Source: an uncultured Gammaproteobacteria bacterium
GTDB lineage: Bacteria; Pseudomonadota; Gammaproteobacteria; PS1; Pseudothioglobaceae
Assembly (NCBI GenBank): GCA_902512485.1
Contig: CABXJL010000001.1
Location: 5,703 to 69,702 of the forward strand
DNA: 64,000 nt
Direction of reading: 5' to 3'
The position numbers and the translations under genes are program-made. Below are positions 1-11,760 of this stretch, piece by piece. Below the pieces are notes generated by a model. That model did no database searches. It saw nothing but the letters and a program-made list of their open reading frames with translations, and was not told the DNA's origin. Position 1 is the stretch's first letter, and every line of letters begins with the position of its first letter.

Positions 1-2
1 TT

Positions 3-440
3 TTTAATCAATCCTCTCTATCAAACTTTATTATTGGTTGTTGGGAAGTCATCACAATAGATTCAGTTCAAGTTGGCAAAGTTAGTGGTCGATTAAGCAA
101 TGAACAACTGTATTCCCTTTCACGACAAATTAGTTCATCAAGTGCGAAATATATTGCTCTTTGTCTACATCACCCTCCCGTCTCATTGCAAAGCGATTGG
201 GATGATGAAATGTCGCTTGAAAATCCTGACGATTTGTTTGCTGTAATTGACCAATTCGACAACATTAAAGCTGTAATGTGGGGGCATGCTCATCAATGCT
301 CTGAATTCAATCGTGAAGGTGTGAAGTTGTTCTCCTGCCCCTCTACTGCACTTCAGTTTAATGGACAACCGGGTATTGGTTATAACCACTACACACTCAA
401 TGAAGATGGTGAAATTTATTGCAAGACGCAGTGGTTATGA
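3..440 (+). CDS. cpdA: Calcineurin-like metallophosphoesterase, CpdA/Icc-like cAMP phosphodiesterase (5' truncated by window edge)
   Basis: Frame is open from position 3 (FNQSSLSNFIIGCWEVITIDSVQVGKVSGRLSNEQL...). Contains HHPP, WGHAHQ and CPST motifs typical of CpdA. Confidence 0.75.
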   Translation, partial: FNQSSLSNFIIGCWEVITIDSVQVGKVSGRLSNEQLYSLSRQISSSSAKYIALCLHHPPVSLQSDWDDEMSLENPDDLFAVIDQFDNIKAVMWGHAHQCSEFNREGVKLFSCPSTALQFNGQPGIGYNHYTLNEDGEIYCKTQWL

Positions 441-566
441 CAAAAGACTAGACACAAATCAGAGTAATTTACGAACAACAAAAGAAGGCTTCATATTTCA
501 ATAGTAATTAAAACTCTTCATGTTAAGATGACTTGAATACTTTTTGTATTGGTACAATGTAGTGAA

Positions 567-1469
567 ATGGCAAAAAAACAAATAAAAGAAGAGAGACATA
601 AATTGGTTATTGCCATATCTTCCAGAGCACTATTTAATCTCGACCATTCACATAAGATCTTTAAGGAAGAAGGAATTGAAGCGTATGCAAGACATCAACA
701 GGAAAACGAAAACGCTATACTAGAGCCTGGTGTCGGCTTCACACTGGTTAAAAAACTACTCAAATTAGATAGTAAAAAGACTCCGATTGATGTCATTTTG
801 CTTTCCAGAAATAGTGCAGATACTGGATTAAGAATCTTTAACTCAATCGAGCATTATGGCTTAAATATATCTAAGGCAGCCTTCACTAGAGGAGAAAGCA
901 CTCATCCATTTGTTGGCGCCTTTAAGGCTGACTTGTTCCTTTCTAGTAATTACCATGATGTACAAAAAGCCCTACAATCTAGTTTTGCTGCAGCCTCTAT
1001 TGTTGAATCAAAGTCAGATAACATCCACCCATATCAACTCCGAATAGCTTTTGATGGTGATGCGGTTATTTTTTCTGACGAATCTGAAAAGATATTTCAA
1101 GAACATGGGCTCGAAGCTTTTCAAGAAAACGAAATAATGTCTGCAAATGTAGAACTTAAGGCTGGACCCTTTAAATCTTTTCTTGTTTCTTTGCAAAAAA
1201 TTCAGTCAACCTTTCCAGAAGAAAACAATCCCATTAGAACGGCTTTGGTTACGGCTAGATCTGCACCATCACACAAACGGGTAATCCACACGATGAGGGA
1301 ATGGGGTATTCGTATCGATGAGTCCTTTTTTCTTGGCGGGCTAGATAAAGGTATTTTCTTAAGAGAGTTTGCTGCCGACATCTTTTTTGATGACCAACAA
1401 CAGCACTGCAATTCAGCCTCTAAATATGTATCAACTGGTCATGTACCTAGCGGTATAAAGAACATATAA
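567..1469 (+). CDS. 5'-nucleotidase (cN-I-like family)
   Basis: AISSRALF, LRIAFDGDAV, LVTARSAP, IFFDDQ and GHVP motifs. ATG at 567 preferred over the TTG at 549. Confidence 0.85.
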   Translation: MAKKQIKEERHKLVIAISSRALFNLDHSHKIFKEEGIEAYARHQQENENAILEPGVGFTLVKKLLKLDSKKTPIDVILLSRNSADTGLRIFNSIEHYGLNISKAAFTRGESTHPFVGAFKADLFLSSNYHDVQKALQSSFAAASIVESKSDNIHPYQLRIAFDGDAVIFSDESEKIFQEHGLEAFQENEIMSANVELKAGPFKSFLVSLQKIQSTFPEENNPIRTALVTARSAPSHKRVIHTMREWGIRIDESFFLGGLDKGIFLREFAADIFFDDQQQHCNSASKYVSTGHVPSGIKNI

Positions 1470-1554
1470 GACATAAATATCATCTTCTACATTGCTTGAA
1501 CAGTAAAACGTATTTCATTGGTAAAATACCTGCAAACAATATAATACCTTAGTA

Positions 1555-2823
1555 ATGTCAAAAAAAATTCAAGCTATCCGAGGAATGAACGATCTCCTTC
1601 CGTCAGAGTCAAATCTCTGGTTGGCACTAGAAGAGACCATTAATCTGTTATTGATTTCCTACGGCTACAAATATTGCCGCACACCTATTGTTGAAAATAC
1701 TGAGACTTTCTCTCGAGCAATTGGAGAAGTGACCGATATTGTTGAAAAAGAGATGTACACCTGGAAAGATCTCAGCGGAGAATCCCTAACCTTAAGACCT
1801 GAAGCGACAGCTGGCATTGTGCGAATGATGATTGAACATAATTTACCGCGTGAAGGCATTCAAAAAGTTTTTTACCATGGCCCAATGTTTAGGCATGAGC
1901 GCCCTCAAAAAGGCAGATATCGTCAGTTTCATCAAGTTGATGTTGAAGTTTTTGGCACCTATGACGCCAAGATTGATGCCGAATTAATCGATATAACTAA
2001 TTCTCTCTGGAAGCTAATTGGAATTAATAATGCCAGTTTAGAAATTAACTCTTTAGGTTCAAGCGAGACTCGCTTATCCTATAAAAAGCTTCTACAGAAT
2101 TACTTTATTGACAATAAATCTCAACTAGACGAAGACAGCTTGCGACGGCTAACTACAAACCCGTTAAGAATATTAGATAGTAAGAACAGTGAAATGGAAG
2201 CTTTGATAGAAAGCGCACCAAAAATGATTGACCACCTTGATGATGAATCTGACGAACACTTCTCAGCGTTCAAAAATTATCTTGATTGTCTTGAAATACC
2301 ATATTCTATAAATCCGAGACTTGTAAGAGGACTGGATTACTACAATCGTACCGTTTTTGAATGGATTTCAAATGACTTAGGTGCTCAAGGAACTATCTGT
2401 GGGGGTGGCAGATATGATGGCTTGGTGGAAAAAATGGGTGGCAACCCAACCCCTGCTATAGGTTTTGCGATTGGTATTGAGAGACTCATCCTTCTCATCA
2501 AAGATCAACCTAATAAACTCCAAAAAAATAAACCACACCTGTATTTTGTTGCGCTAGGTGAAGGCGCTCAAACCACATCAATGAAGCTCTCTAGAGATAT
2601 ACATTCAGCTATGCCAGACATAATTATTACTAATGACATGAGCATGGGTAGCTTAAAAAACCAAATGAAAAAAGCAAACAAATCTAATGCAGACTTTGCT
2701 TTAATTTTAGGTGAAGAAGAATTATCAAACAATCAAATCAGCACTAAACCCCTAAAAGGGCAAGGTGACCAACAATTAATTAAGCTTGAGGGTATCATTC
2801 AACATCTTCAGGAGATATTATGA
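1555..2823 (+). CDS. hisS: Histidine--tRNA ligase
   Basis: IRGMND, LRPEATA, FRHERPQKGRYRQFHQ, LVRGLDYY, GGGRYDGL. Confidence 0.98.
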   Translation: MSKKIQAIRGMNDLLPSESNLWLALEETINLLLISYGYKYCRTPIVENTETFSRAIGEVTDIVEKEMYTWKDLSGESLTLRPEATAGIVRMMIEHNLPREGIQKVFYHGPMFRHERPQKGRYRQFHQVDVEVFGTYDAKIDAELIDITNSLWKLIGINNASLEINSLGSSETRLSYKKLLQNYFIDNKSQLDEDSLRRLTTNPLRILDSKNSEMEALIESAPKMIDHLDDESDEHFSAFKNYLDCLEIPYSINPRLVRGLDYYNRTVFEWISNDLGAQGTICGGGRYDGLVEKMGGNPTPAIGFAIGIERLILLIKDQPNKLQKNKPHLYFVALGEGAQTTSMKLSRDIHSAMPDIIITNDMSMGSLKNQMKKANKSNADFALILGEEELSNNQISTKPLKGQGDQQLIKLEGIIQHLQEIL

Positions 2824-3437
2824 AAAACTTTATCCAAGTCGACAATACAGAAGAAGAGCAGGTCGAACAAATTAAGAAATGGTGGAAGAGTAATGGTAAG
2901 CAAATCATAGCTGGTGCCGTTATTGGTCTTGCCGGCATATGGGGCTGGAATACTTATACAGAGTATCAAGATAATCAGTCCTTAAATGCAAGAAGTCTTT
3001 ACCTTAATTATGCTTCAGATTCTAACAATCTCGGAGCCTACGATAAATTAACTACAGATTTTTCTTCTAGCACCTACTCGGATCAAGCAATATTATTGAT
3101 GGCTAAGTATCTTTTTGACGCGGGAAGCTATGCCCAAGCTCTTGGCGTAATTAAACCTCTAATTAATAATACAAGTTCAGTAATTGCAAATTCGGCGGCT
3201 CTAAGAACAGCTTCTATTCACTTACAACTAGGACAACACGAGCAGGCACTTTCAATACTTGAGGGACAATCTGATGATGACTTTTCAGGCCTGGTTTATA
3301 ATCTAATGGGTGATATCTACTTAGACCTTGGCAACCGCACAGAGGCACAGAAATATTACAGCCTGGCAATCGATAATGTCACCGAAAACTCTAATTTAAC
3401 ACAATTAATTCAGATCAAACTCGACGATCTGAATTAA
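2820..3437 (+). CDS. yfgM: YfgM-family TPR membrane-anchored chaperone
   Basis: TEEEQVEQIKKWWK N-terminus, one TM helix, TPR-like helices, canonical position after hisS. Confidence 0.85.
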   Translation: MKNFIQVDNTEEEQVEQIKKWWKSNGKQIIAGAVIGLAGIWGWNTYTEYQDNQSLNARSLYLNYASDSNNLGAYDKLTTDFSSSTYSDQAILLMAKYLFDAGSYAQALGVIKPLINNTSSVIANSAALRTASIHLQLGQHEQALSILEGQSDDDFSGLVYNLMGDIYLDLGNRTEAQKYYSLAIDNVTENSNLTQLIQIKLDDLN

Positions 3438-3457
3438 TACAAATTCTTTGATTTGCT

Positions 3458-4849
3458 GTGAGTTACCCTGTCATTTCATTGGTTGGTCGTTCCAATGTAG
3501 GAAAATCTACCCTTTTTAATCGTCTGAGCAAATCCCGTCAAGCGCTTGTTTCAGATTTCGTAGGGCTAACCCGTGATCGTCAATATGCAACTATTCAGCT
3601 TGATGATGATATCAAGTGCACGATTATTGACACCGGTGGCCTAACTAATGACGATTCTCTGATAGACATCGGAATTCATGAGCAAGTTCTTAATGCACTT
3701 AACGAATCAGATGTTATTTTTTTTATTGTCAGCAATAAAGATGGTGTAACTTCATTAGACCTAGATATCTCTACTCAACTCAGAAAACTGAAGAAAAACA
3801 TCGTTCTAGTGTGTAATAAAGCTGAAGGCTTGGATCAAGCTTCAGCCGCTGAATTTTTTGAATTGGGTTTAGGGAAACCCGTCCTTATCTCAGCAGAACA
3901 TAATCAAGGAATCTCAGAATTGATCGGAGCCAGTATACCCTTGTTACCCCAAAGTTTTGATGAAGATAAAATGGAAGTTAAGGGTATAGCTGTAGCCGTA
4001 CTTGGTAGACCGAATGTTGGAAAATCTACACTAATTAACCGCATACTGGGTGAAGAAAGAGTTCTTGCTATTGATTTACCAGGAACCACTCGAGACACAA
4101 TATTTATTCCATTTGAGCGTGAAGGTGAACAGTACACTCTTATCGATACTGCAGGCATCAGGCGTAAACGCAGTGTCGATGAAAAGATTGAAAAATTTAG
4201 CATTATCAAAGCCATTGAGGCTCTAGAAGACTCTCATGTCGTCATTTTGGTTCTCGACGCACATGAGGGTGTTACTGAACAGGACGCAACCCTGCTTGGA
4301 ATGATTACCGAGAAAGGAAGATCCCTATTAATAGTCATCAACAAATGGGATGGTTTGGATGACTACCAAAAAAGTGAAGTAAAAAGAAAACTGGATGTCA
4401 AGCTTTCCTTTGTGAGCTACGCTTCTGTGCATTATATTTCAGCACTTCACGGTTCCGGAGTCGGTAAATTGTTTACCCACATTAAAAAATCCTTTGAACA
4501 CGCCGGCGCAAAGTTTTCAACCTCCTCACTTAACAAAATATTAGAAAACGCTAATATCAAACATCAAGCCCCAGCAGTTAGAGGAAGAAGGCCAAAACTA
4601 AAATATGTCCACCAATCTGATGTTTTTCCACCAACACTAACGATGCATGGTAATCATCTTCAAAGTATTCCTAAGGCCTATGAACAATTTTTAAAAAACT
4701 TTTTTATGGACGCACTCAAGCTTTCAAATACACCGATTAAGCTTGAATTTAAAAGTGGTAATAACCCGTTCAAGGATAAAAAAAATAAACTATCGGCACG
4801 TCAAGTTCAAAAAAGAAAGCGCCTAATGAAATTCGTTAAGAAAAAATAA
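3458..4849 (+). CDS. der: Ribosome biogenesis GTPase Der (EngA)
   Basis: Two tandem G domains (GRSNVGKS/DTGG/NKAE and GRPNVGKS/DTAG/NKWD) plus a KH-like C-terminus. Confidence 0.97.
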   Translation: MSYPVISLVGRSNVGKSTLFNRLSKSRQALVSDFVGLTRDRQYATIQLDDDIKCTIIDTGGLTNDDSLIDIGIHEQVLNALNESDVIFFIVSNKDGVTSLDLDISTQLRKLKKNIVLVCNKAEGLDQASAAEFFELGLGKPVLISAEHNQGISELIGASIPLLPQSFDEDKMEVKGIAVAVLGRPNVGKSTLINRILGEERVLAIDLPGTTRDTIFIPFEREGEQYTLIDTAGIRRKRSVDEKIEKFSIIKAIEALEDSHVVILVLDAHEGVTEQDATLLGMITEKGRSLLIVINKWDGLDDYQKSEVKRKLDVKLSFVSYASVHYISALHGSGVGKLFTHIKKSFEHAGAKFSTSSLNKILENANIKHQAPAVRGRRPKLKYVHQSDVFPPTLTMHGNHLQSIPKAYEQFLKNFFMDALKLSNTPIKLEFKSGNNPFKDKKNKLSARQVQKRKRLMKFVKKK

Positions 4850-4880
4850 TATAATCTTTAGAGAGATCTAAGAATAGAAA

Positions 4881-6515
<1,635 letters not shown>

Positions 6516-6591
6516 CTAAAACTAACAAAGTTTGAAATAGTTATGATACACAAATTTGTGTAGAATATGGGCACATCCAATTAAAGTAATC

Positions 6592-8313
6592 ATGATGGGT
6601 TATAGACAATTTCTAAAGCGACTCTTTCCATACATTAAAAATCACATAGGAAAGCTCGCCTTTACCTCTCTAATGATGGTTTTTGCTACCGCATTAGAGG
6701 CCTCAATCCCTGAAATAACGGGCCAAATCATCGACACTCTGTTTGCTGTAGAACGATCTAATGAAGAGGCTCTATTCTATTCGTTGACACTTTTTACAGT
6801 TATTGCGCTGAGCTCATTATTTGCTCTAACCTCAGTCAGCGCCAGCTCTTGGATCTCAAAAAAGGTCATCATGGATCTAAGGGTTGATATGTTTGCCAAA
6901 TTGTTAAAACTACCTAAGTCTTACTTTGATAAAAATACGACTGGTGGAACACTCTCTAAATTAACCTTTGATGTAGAACAAATCTCTGCTGCAGCTTCAA
7001 CTATATGGCTTGACTTTATCAAATCATCATTGACCGTCATTCTGTTAACAGGGTATTTGTTTTATAAAAACTACCTCTTAAGCCTCACACTTTTAGTGCT
7101 TCTGCCGCTGGTTTATCTAGCCGTCAAATTTTCAACCTCTCGGATGAGAAGTGGCTCTAAAAAGGTTCAAGACTCAATGGGAAAGATGACCCACCTTCTG
7201 GATGAAAATATTTCTGGTAGTGACCTCGTTAAAATCTATCACGCACAGGAAAACGAACAAAGTAAGTTTTTTAAACTCATCAACACAATTCGTCAACAGT
7301 ACTTTAAAGTTGACATGGCTGGTGGCCTTAATACCTCAATAGTTAACATACTTATAGGCTTATCACTAGCCTGTGTGGTTTTCCTGTCTTCAACCTACTT
7401 AATAATGAGCGCTGGTGACTTTCTTGCTTTCTTTACTGCAATGGGTATGCTGGTCAAACCAGCAAAGACTCTCATTAATATCAATAAACCATTGCAACGT
7501 GCAATAGTCGCTGCGAAAAGTGTCTTTACCTTAATTGACGAAAAATCTGAAATTAATGATGGCAATCAAATACTGGATTATGCGAAAGGTGACATCAATT
7601 TTGACAACGTCAGTTTTTCCTATGACGGAGAGAAGTCTCCACTAAAGAATATCAACTTAAGTATTAAGGCCGGAGAAACTATTGCCTTGGTTGGTAGCAC
7701 TGGAAGTGGCAAAACAACACTGGTAAACCTTTTAGCACGATTCTATCAACCAAGCAGTGGCAAGATAACGATAGACGAAACAAATATCGATGAATTTGAG
7801 TTAATCTCATTTAGATCTAATATTGCTTTTGTAGACCAACATGTTCGCTTATTTAATGACACAATTAAAGGCAATATTGCTTTCGGGCAACAAGATAGCA
7901 TGCCTCTAGAATCAGTTATCCATGCTGCCAAAATTTCAAATTCTGCTGAATTTATTGAAAAGTTGGATAATCAATTCGACACTGAAATCGGGGAAGATGG
8001 CATCACCCTATCGGGTGGCCAGCGTCAAAGACTCTCAATAGCGAGAGCTATTGCCAAAGACAGTCCTATTTTAATTCTTGATGAAGCAACCTCTGCACTT
8101 GACTCTGCAACAGAAAGGCTCGTTCAATCAGCAATCAACAAAATGCAGCAAGACCGAACAACAATCATTATTGCCCATCGTTTAAGCACTATCAAAAACG
8201 CTGACCGAATTATTGTTCTAAAAGAAGGCGAAATCGTTGAACAAGGATCACATAAGGAGTTAATTAATGCATCTGGTGAATATGCAAAGCTAAACCATGC
8301 ACAATCTCAGTAA
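6592..8313 (+). CDS. msbA: MsbA-like lipid A ABC exporter (fused permease/ATPase)
   Basis: N-terminal TM domain; GSTGSGKTT, LSGGQRQR, LILDEATSALD, IIAHRLST. Start at ATG 6592 (ORF track starts at 6556). Confidence 0.85.
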   Translation: MMGYRQFLKRLFPYIKNHIGKLAFTSLMMVFATALEASIPEITGQIIDTLFAVERSNEEALFYSLTLFTVIALSSLFALTSVSASSWISKKVIMDLRVDMFAKLLKLPKSYFDKNTTGGTLSKLTFDVEQISAAASTIWLDFIKSSLTVILLTGYLFYKNYLLSLTLLVLLPLVYLAVKFSTSRMRSGSKKVQDSMGKMTHLLDENISGSDLVKIYHAQENEQSKFFKLINTIRQQYFKVDMAGGLNTSIVNILIGLSLACVVFLSSTYLIMSAGDFLAFFTAMGMLVKPAKTLININKPLQRAIVAAKSVFTLIDEKSEINDGNQILDYAKGDINFDNVSFSYDGEKSPLKNINLSIKAGETIALVGSTGSGKTTLVNLLARFYQPSSGKITIDETNIDEFELISFRSNIAFVDQHVRLFNDTIKGNIAFGQQDSMPLESVIHAAKISNSAEFIEKLDNQFDTEIGEDGITLSGGQRQRLSIARAIAKDSPILILDEATSALDSATERLVQSAINKMQQDRTTIIIAHRLSTIKNADRIIVLKEGEIVEQGSHKELINASGEYAKLNHAQSQ

Positions 8314-8314
8314 T

Positions 8315-9394
8315 TTATAGGTTTTTATTTGCTACCAATCGATTTAAAGCTTTACCTGAGTTTAGAACCTCTCTTACTCTATCAGATGCTTCTAGCAGCG
8401 ATTTCGATTTCCTTAAATGCCAAAGAATCAGACTCGCCGAATATACCAGGCCATCATAAAACATACCCGACTCACCGGAAAGAGCAGAACGTCCTAAATC
8501 AACCACATACTCAGCTAACAAGTCTCTTTCTGTACCATCTTCAAATCTTTTGGGGATAGCGATAGCACGCAACTTACTATTAATTCCCAAGAGTTTAGGG
8601 TCTATCTCTACTCGATCTTTTTCGACACCTTTATGGTAGGAAATCATGAGCCCTTTTTGTCTAAGTGATGGCACAACACCTCCCTCAACGCCACGAATCA
8701 GTAGGCTACTATCAAGTCCTACTTTTTCACATAAAGCAGCATAAATAGGAGGATAAGCTTTATGAACATAACCCAAAATACAATGGGTATTTTCCCCTCT
8801 AAGAGGCCCAATCAATGTTTCCACTGTATTAAGAACAGTTCTTTTAACAACTTTATTTCTGAGTGGAACAAGGTCATGTAATGGTTTGCAATATTGATTT
8901 TGATCAACATAAGACCAGCCAATATTGCTATCCTCAATTCTGGCCTTTGATTCACTAACGGACGAATCTACATTTATACCCAAAGCTTGGTTAATGTGTC
9001 GATGAGTCAATCCGTATTTTGGAGAAACGGAGTCTAAGCCATGTATCAGCGTTGGTAGGCCGAGTTCTGCAAGCAGTGGTGGCAAGAAAGCTGAAATAGG
9101 AATGGAACGATTATAGCCACTATAAGGGTCACCTATATCTACTAGGTTTTCTACATCAATTTTCTGACAATCAGTAAACTTTAGTAAGGCTTCAAGAATG
9201 CCTATATTTTCTTCCATCGTTTCACGCTTCATTCTCAGCGCAATCAAAAAGATAGCAGCTTGAACCTCGTCTATTTCGCCACTAAGAATTGCACTCATGG
9301 CAGCTTCTGCCTCTTCCGTTTCTATGTTTTTACTGAGTTCAGGTCCAGTAGCAATCCTTTGAATAATTGAATGAATAAGGTTTTGTGTGTTCAT
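8315..9394 (-). CDS. Anthranilate phosphoribosyltransferase-like / glycosyltransferase family 3 protein (YbiB-like)
   Basis: N-terminal helical domain (QAAIFLIALRMKRET) as in TrpD/YbiB. Lacks the GTGGD PRPP-binding motif of true TrpD. Confidence 0.7.
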   Translation of the reverse strand: MNTQNLIHSIIQRIATGPELSKNIETEEAEAAMSAILSGEIDEVQAAIFLIALRMKRETMEENIGILEALLKFTDCQKIDVENLVDIGDPYSGYNRSIPISAFLPPLLAELGLPTLIHGLDSVSPKYGLTHRHINQALGINVDSSVSESKARIEDSNIGWSYVDQNQYCKPLHDLVPLRNKVVKRTVLNTVETLIGPLRGENTHCILGYVHKAYPPIYAALCEKVGLDSSLLIRGVEGGVVPSLRQKGLMISYHKGVEKDRVEIDPKLLGINSKLRAIAIPKRFEDGTERDLLAEYVVDLGRSALSGESGMFYDGLVYSASLILWHLRKSKSLLEASDRVREVLNSGKALNRLVANKNL

Positions 9395-9465
9395 TAATAA
9401 TCCTTATCTCGATATAGATATCAGTTTTTTTTAACTTAACTTTGAACTAAATCAACTAATAATAA

Positions 9466-10074
9466 TTAGAAAAGTGTCCATACGCGATTCTTATCAAGTT
9501 CGTTCCTGCATTGAGATAGTTGAGTCTTGTAGGTATTAGACTTTTTTTCAACATTTTTAGCAACATCAATAAGCCAGGCCTTTTTTTCATAAGTCTTATT
9601 GTTATAGCCACCATGACCTTCATGGTAAGCCAAATATTGACGGTAGGCATTTGTTTTGCTAATTTTAGAGCGCAACAAAGATTGATTTATATACCATCCA
9701 ACAAAGTCAACGGCGTCAGCAAAATTATCTCGTTTCGCTGACTTGTTTCCAGTTTTGAGTTGATACCATTCCCAGGTCGCTTTCTTGGCCTGGGTAAAGC
9801 CGAATGATGTTGTTGGTCTTGCTCCAGGTATTATTCCAAAAATCTTATTTCTTGGTGGTTTAGCGTTTGAGGCAAAGTGTGACTCTTGATAAATGATCGC
9901 TAACTGCAAGTGCATGGGGGCGCCCCATTTTTCCTCACTTTTCTTGACTGCCTGATACCAACTCACTTTCTCATCAAGTAAAGTACAAATATTAGTAACT
10001 TCTCTTGCCGGTGTCGAAAAACATCCCGAAAGGATCATTAAAATTGCCAAACCAAGAACAATTAGTTTTTTCAT
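9466..10074 (-). CDS. Lipoprotein with SLT/lysozyme-like transglycosylase domain
   Basis: Lipobox LSGC; AIIYQESHF (catalytic Glu motif), GFTQA, YLAYHEG. Confidence 0.75.
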   Translation of the reverse strand: MKKLIVLGLAILMILSGCFSTPAREVTNICTLLDEKVSWYQAVKKSEEKWGAPMHLQLAIIYQESHFASNAKPPRNKIFGIIPGARPTTSFGFTQAKKATWEWYQLKTGNKSAKRDNFADAVDFVGWYINQSLLRSKISKTNAYRQYLAYHEGHGGYNNKTYEKKAWLIDVAKNVEKKSNTYKTQLSQCRNELDKNRVWTLF

Positions 10075-10379
10075 TTATCCAAAAATACGTAATAAATAGT
10101 TATCAATTGTATCAACAACAATATAAAAAACATTCCTTTAATAGTTTGGTCAGTCAACGGTTTTGCTTCTTCACTCAATTTTTCAAGCTTAACATCAACT
10201 GCCACCAAACCTTTTTCAGAAGTTTCTACCTTATATTTGACCCGGGTATCGGCTTTTAATCGAGACTTGTTGTAAACATTTTTTTGGTGTACAAAATACT
10301 TTTCACCATCATCACCCGTAATAAATCCATAACCCTTTGTACCAAATTGAGCGACTATGCCCGTCATTTTTTTTGCCAT
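10071..10379 (-). CDS. Cold-shock domain protein with C-terminal transmembrane helix
   Basis: RNP1 KGYGFI and RNP2-like YFVHQ, then hydrophobic GMFFILLLIQLITIYYVFL. Confidence 0.85.
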   Translation of the reverse strand: MAKKMTGIVAQFGTKGYGFITGDDGEKYFVHQKNVYNKSRLKADTRVKYKVETSEKGLVAVDVKLEKLSEEAKPLTDQTIKGMFFILLLIQLITIYYVFLDK

Positions 10380-11035
10380 TATTCTCTCACTTTATGCAAA
10401 CAATAAGCTGCATTTTCAATATAATCCACGCCAGCACGTGCTAGCTTTAACCCATTCTCAATATCTTGAAAAGACTTTAATTCTTGATATTTAAAGGCCA
10501 TACTAAAAAGCGACTCAACTTCAGATTTATCAACTGAAAAAGGTGGGCCGCTCATCTGATGTTTCGGATAATGCAAAGTTACCAATAGTATCCGAACACC
10601 CAACGATATTATATCATTTAAATGTTTTACATATTTTTGTCTTAAATTTCGATCAAGTGCTATCAAGGATTTTCGGTCAAATACAGCTTTGACGTCACAT
10701 AAATGTTTAGAGGTCAATGAAAAGAAATCGCCGCAGTATATTTCTATATTTTTAGCACTATAAAGATCAAATTCACCAACCTGAGTGATTGTAAAATCTA
10801 GCCTATTTTCAAGAAAAAACTGCTTAATACCAATCTCACTAAGTTCAACACCAATGACAGAAAGACCTTGATCGAGCATGTAAATCATGTCAACACTTTT
10901 GCCACAAAGAGGGAAAAAAACTTTATCGCGAGGCTCAAGTTTGAGTAATCCTAAGTGCTCCTCTAGTTCCTGAGTAACAATATCAGAATGCCAATTAATT
11001 TCATTGTTTTCCCAGAACTCCAACCAGTTAGCCAT
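10379..11035 (-). CDS. tpm: Thiopurine S-methyltransferase
   Basis: VFFPLCGKSVD, GVELSE, GDFF, GPPFSV. Confidence 0.9.
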   Translation of the reverse strand: MANWLEFWENNEINWHSDIVTQELEEHLGLLKLEPRDKVFFPLCGKSVDMIYMLDQGLSVIGVELSEIGIKQFFLENRLDFTITQVGEFDLYSAKNIEIYCGDFFSLTSKHLCDVKAVFDRKSLIALDRNLRQKYVKHLNDIISLGVRILLVTLHYPKHQMSGPPFSVDKSEVESLFSMAFKYQELKSFQDIENGLKLARAGVDYIENAAYCLHKVRE

Positions 11036-11091
11036 TCCCAAACCTTGCTATAATATTCTCAGTGATATATTCTACCCAAGGAGCAAAATAA

Positions 11092-11760
11092 ATGAGGCCT
11101 GATATTGGCGACTGGTCTGAGCTTTTAGCAGCTGAAAAAGAGATGGATTATTTTCAATCTCTGTATTCTTTTCTTTACGACAATCAATCTAAAGAAATCT
11201 ATCCACCCAAAGAAAATTGGTATAAAGCCTTTGAATACTCAAGCTTTGAAAACACAAAGGTCATTATTCTTGGTCAAGACCCTTATCATGGCAACAATCA
11301 GGCAGAAGGACTTAGTTTTTCAGTCCCTAAAGGTGTCCCCATACCGCCTTCACTTAGGAATATTTATATAGAACTTGAAAGTGATATAGGAATTACCACA
11401 CCTCATCACGGTCATTTATCATACTGGGCAAAGCAAGGGGTTTTGTTACTGAATAGCGTCCTGACAGTTGAAAAAAACAGCCCTGCGTCGCATGCAAATC
11501 AGGGATGGGAAACTTTTACAGATAATGTTATTAAATTACTGAATGAAAAAAAACACAATTTAGTTTTTTTACTTTGGGGTGCTTATGCCGGAAAAAAAGC
11601 TGAATTAATTAATCCTGAAAGACATCTAGTTCTTAAAGCACCTCACCCTTCACCCTTTTCAGCAAATAAGGGTTTTTTTCGTTGTCAACACTTTTCTAAA
11701 GCCAACCAACATCTTCTTTCAACGAATCAGACGGCTATCGAATGGCAAATACCTTCATGA
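11092..11760 (+). CDS. ung: Uracil-DNA glycosylase
   Basis: GQDPYH, PPSLRNI, GVLLLN, HPSP. Confidence 0.97.
   Translation: MRPDIGDWSELLAAEKEMDYFQSLYSFLYDNQSKEIYPPKENWYKAFEYSSFENTKVIILGQDPYHGNNQAEGLSFSVPKGVPIPPSLRNIYIELESDIGITTPHHGHLSYWAKQGVLLLNSVLTVEKNSPASHANQGWETFTDNVIKLLNEKKHNLVFLLWGAYAGKKAELINPERHLVLKAPHPSPFSANKGFFRCQHFSKANQHLLSTNQTAIEWQIPS

Noticed and set aside
8315-9394. trpD
   Set aside because: The PRPP-binding GTGGD motif is missing and there is no trp operon context; treated as YbiB-like.
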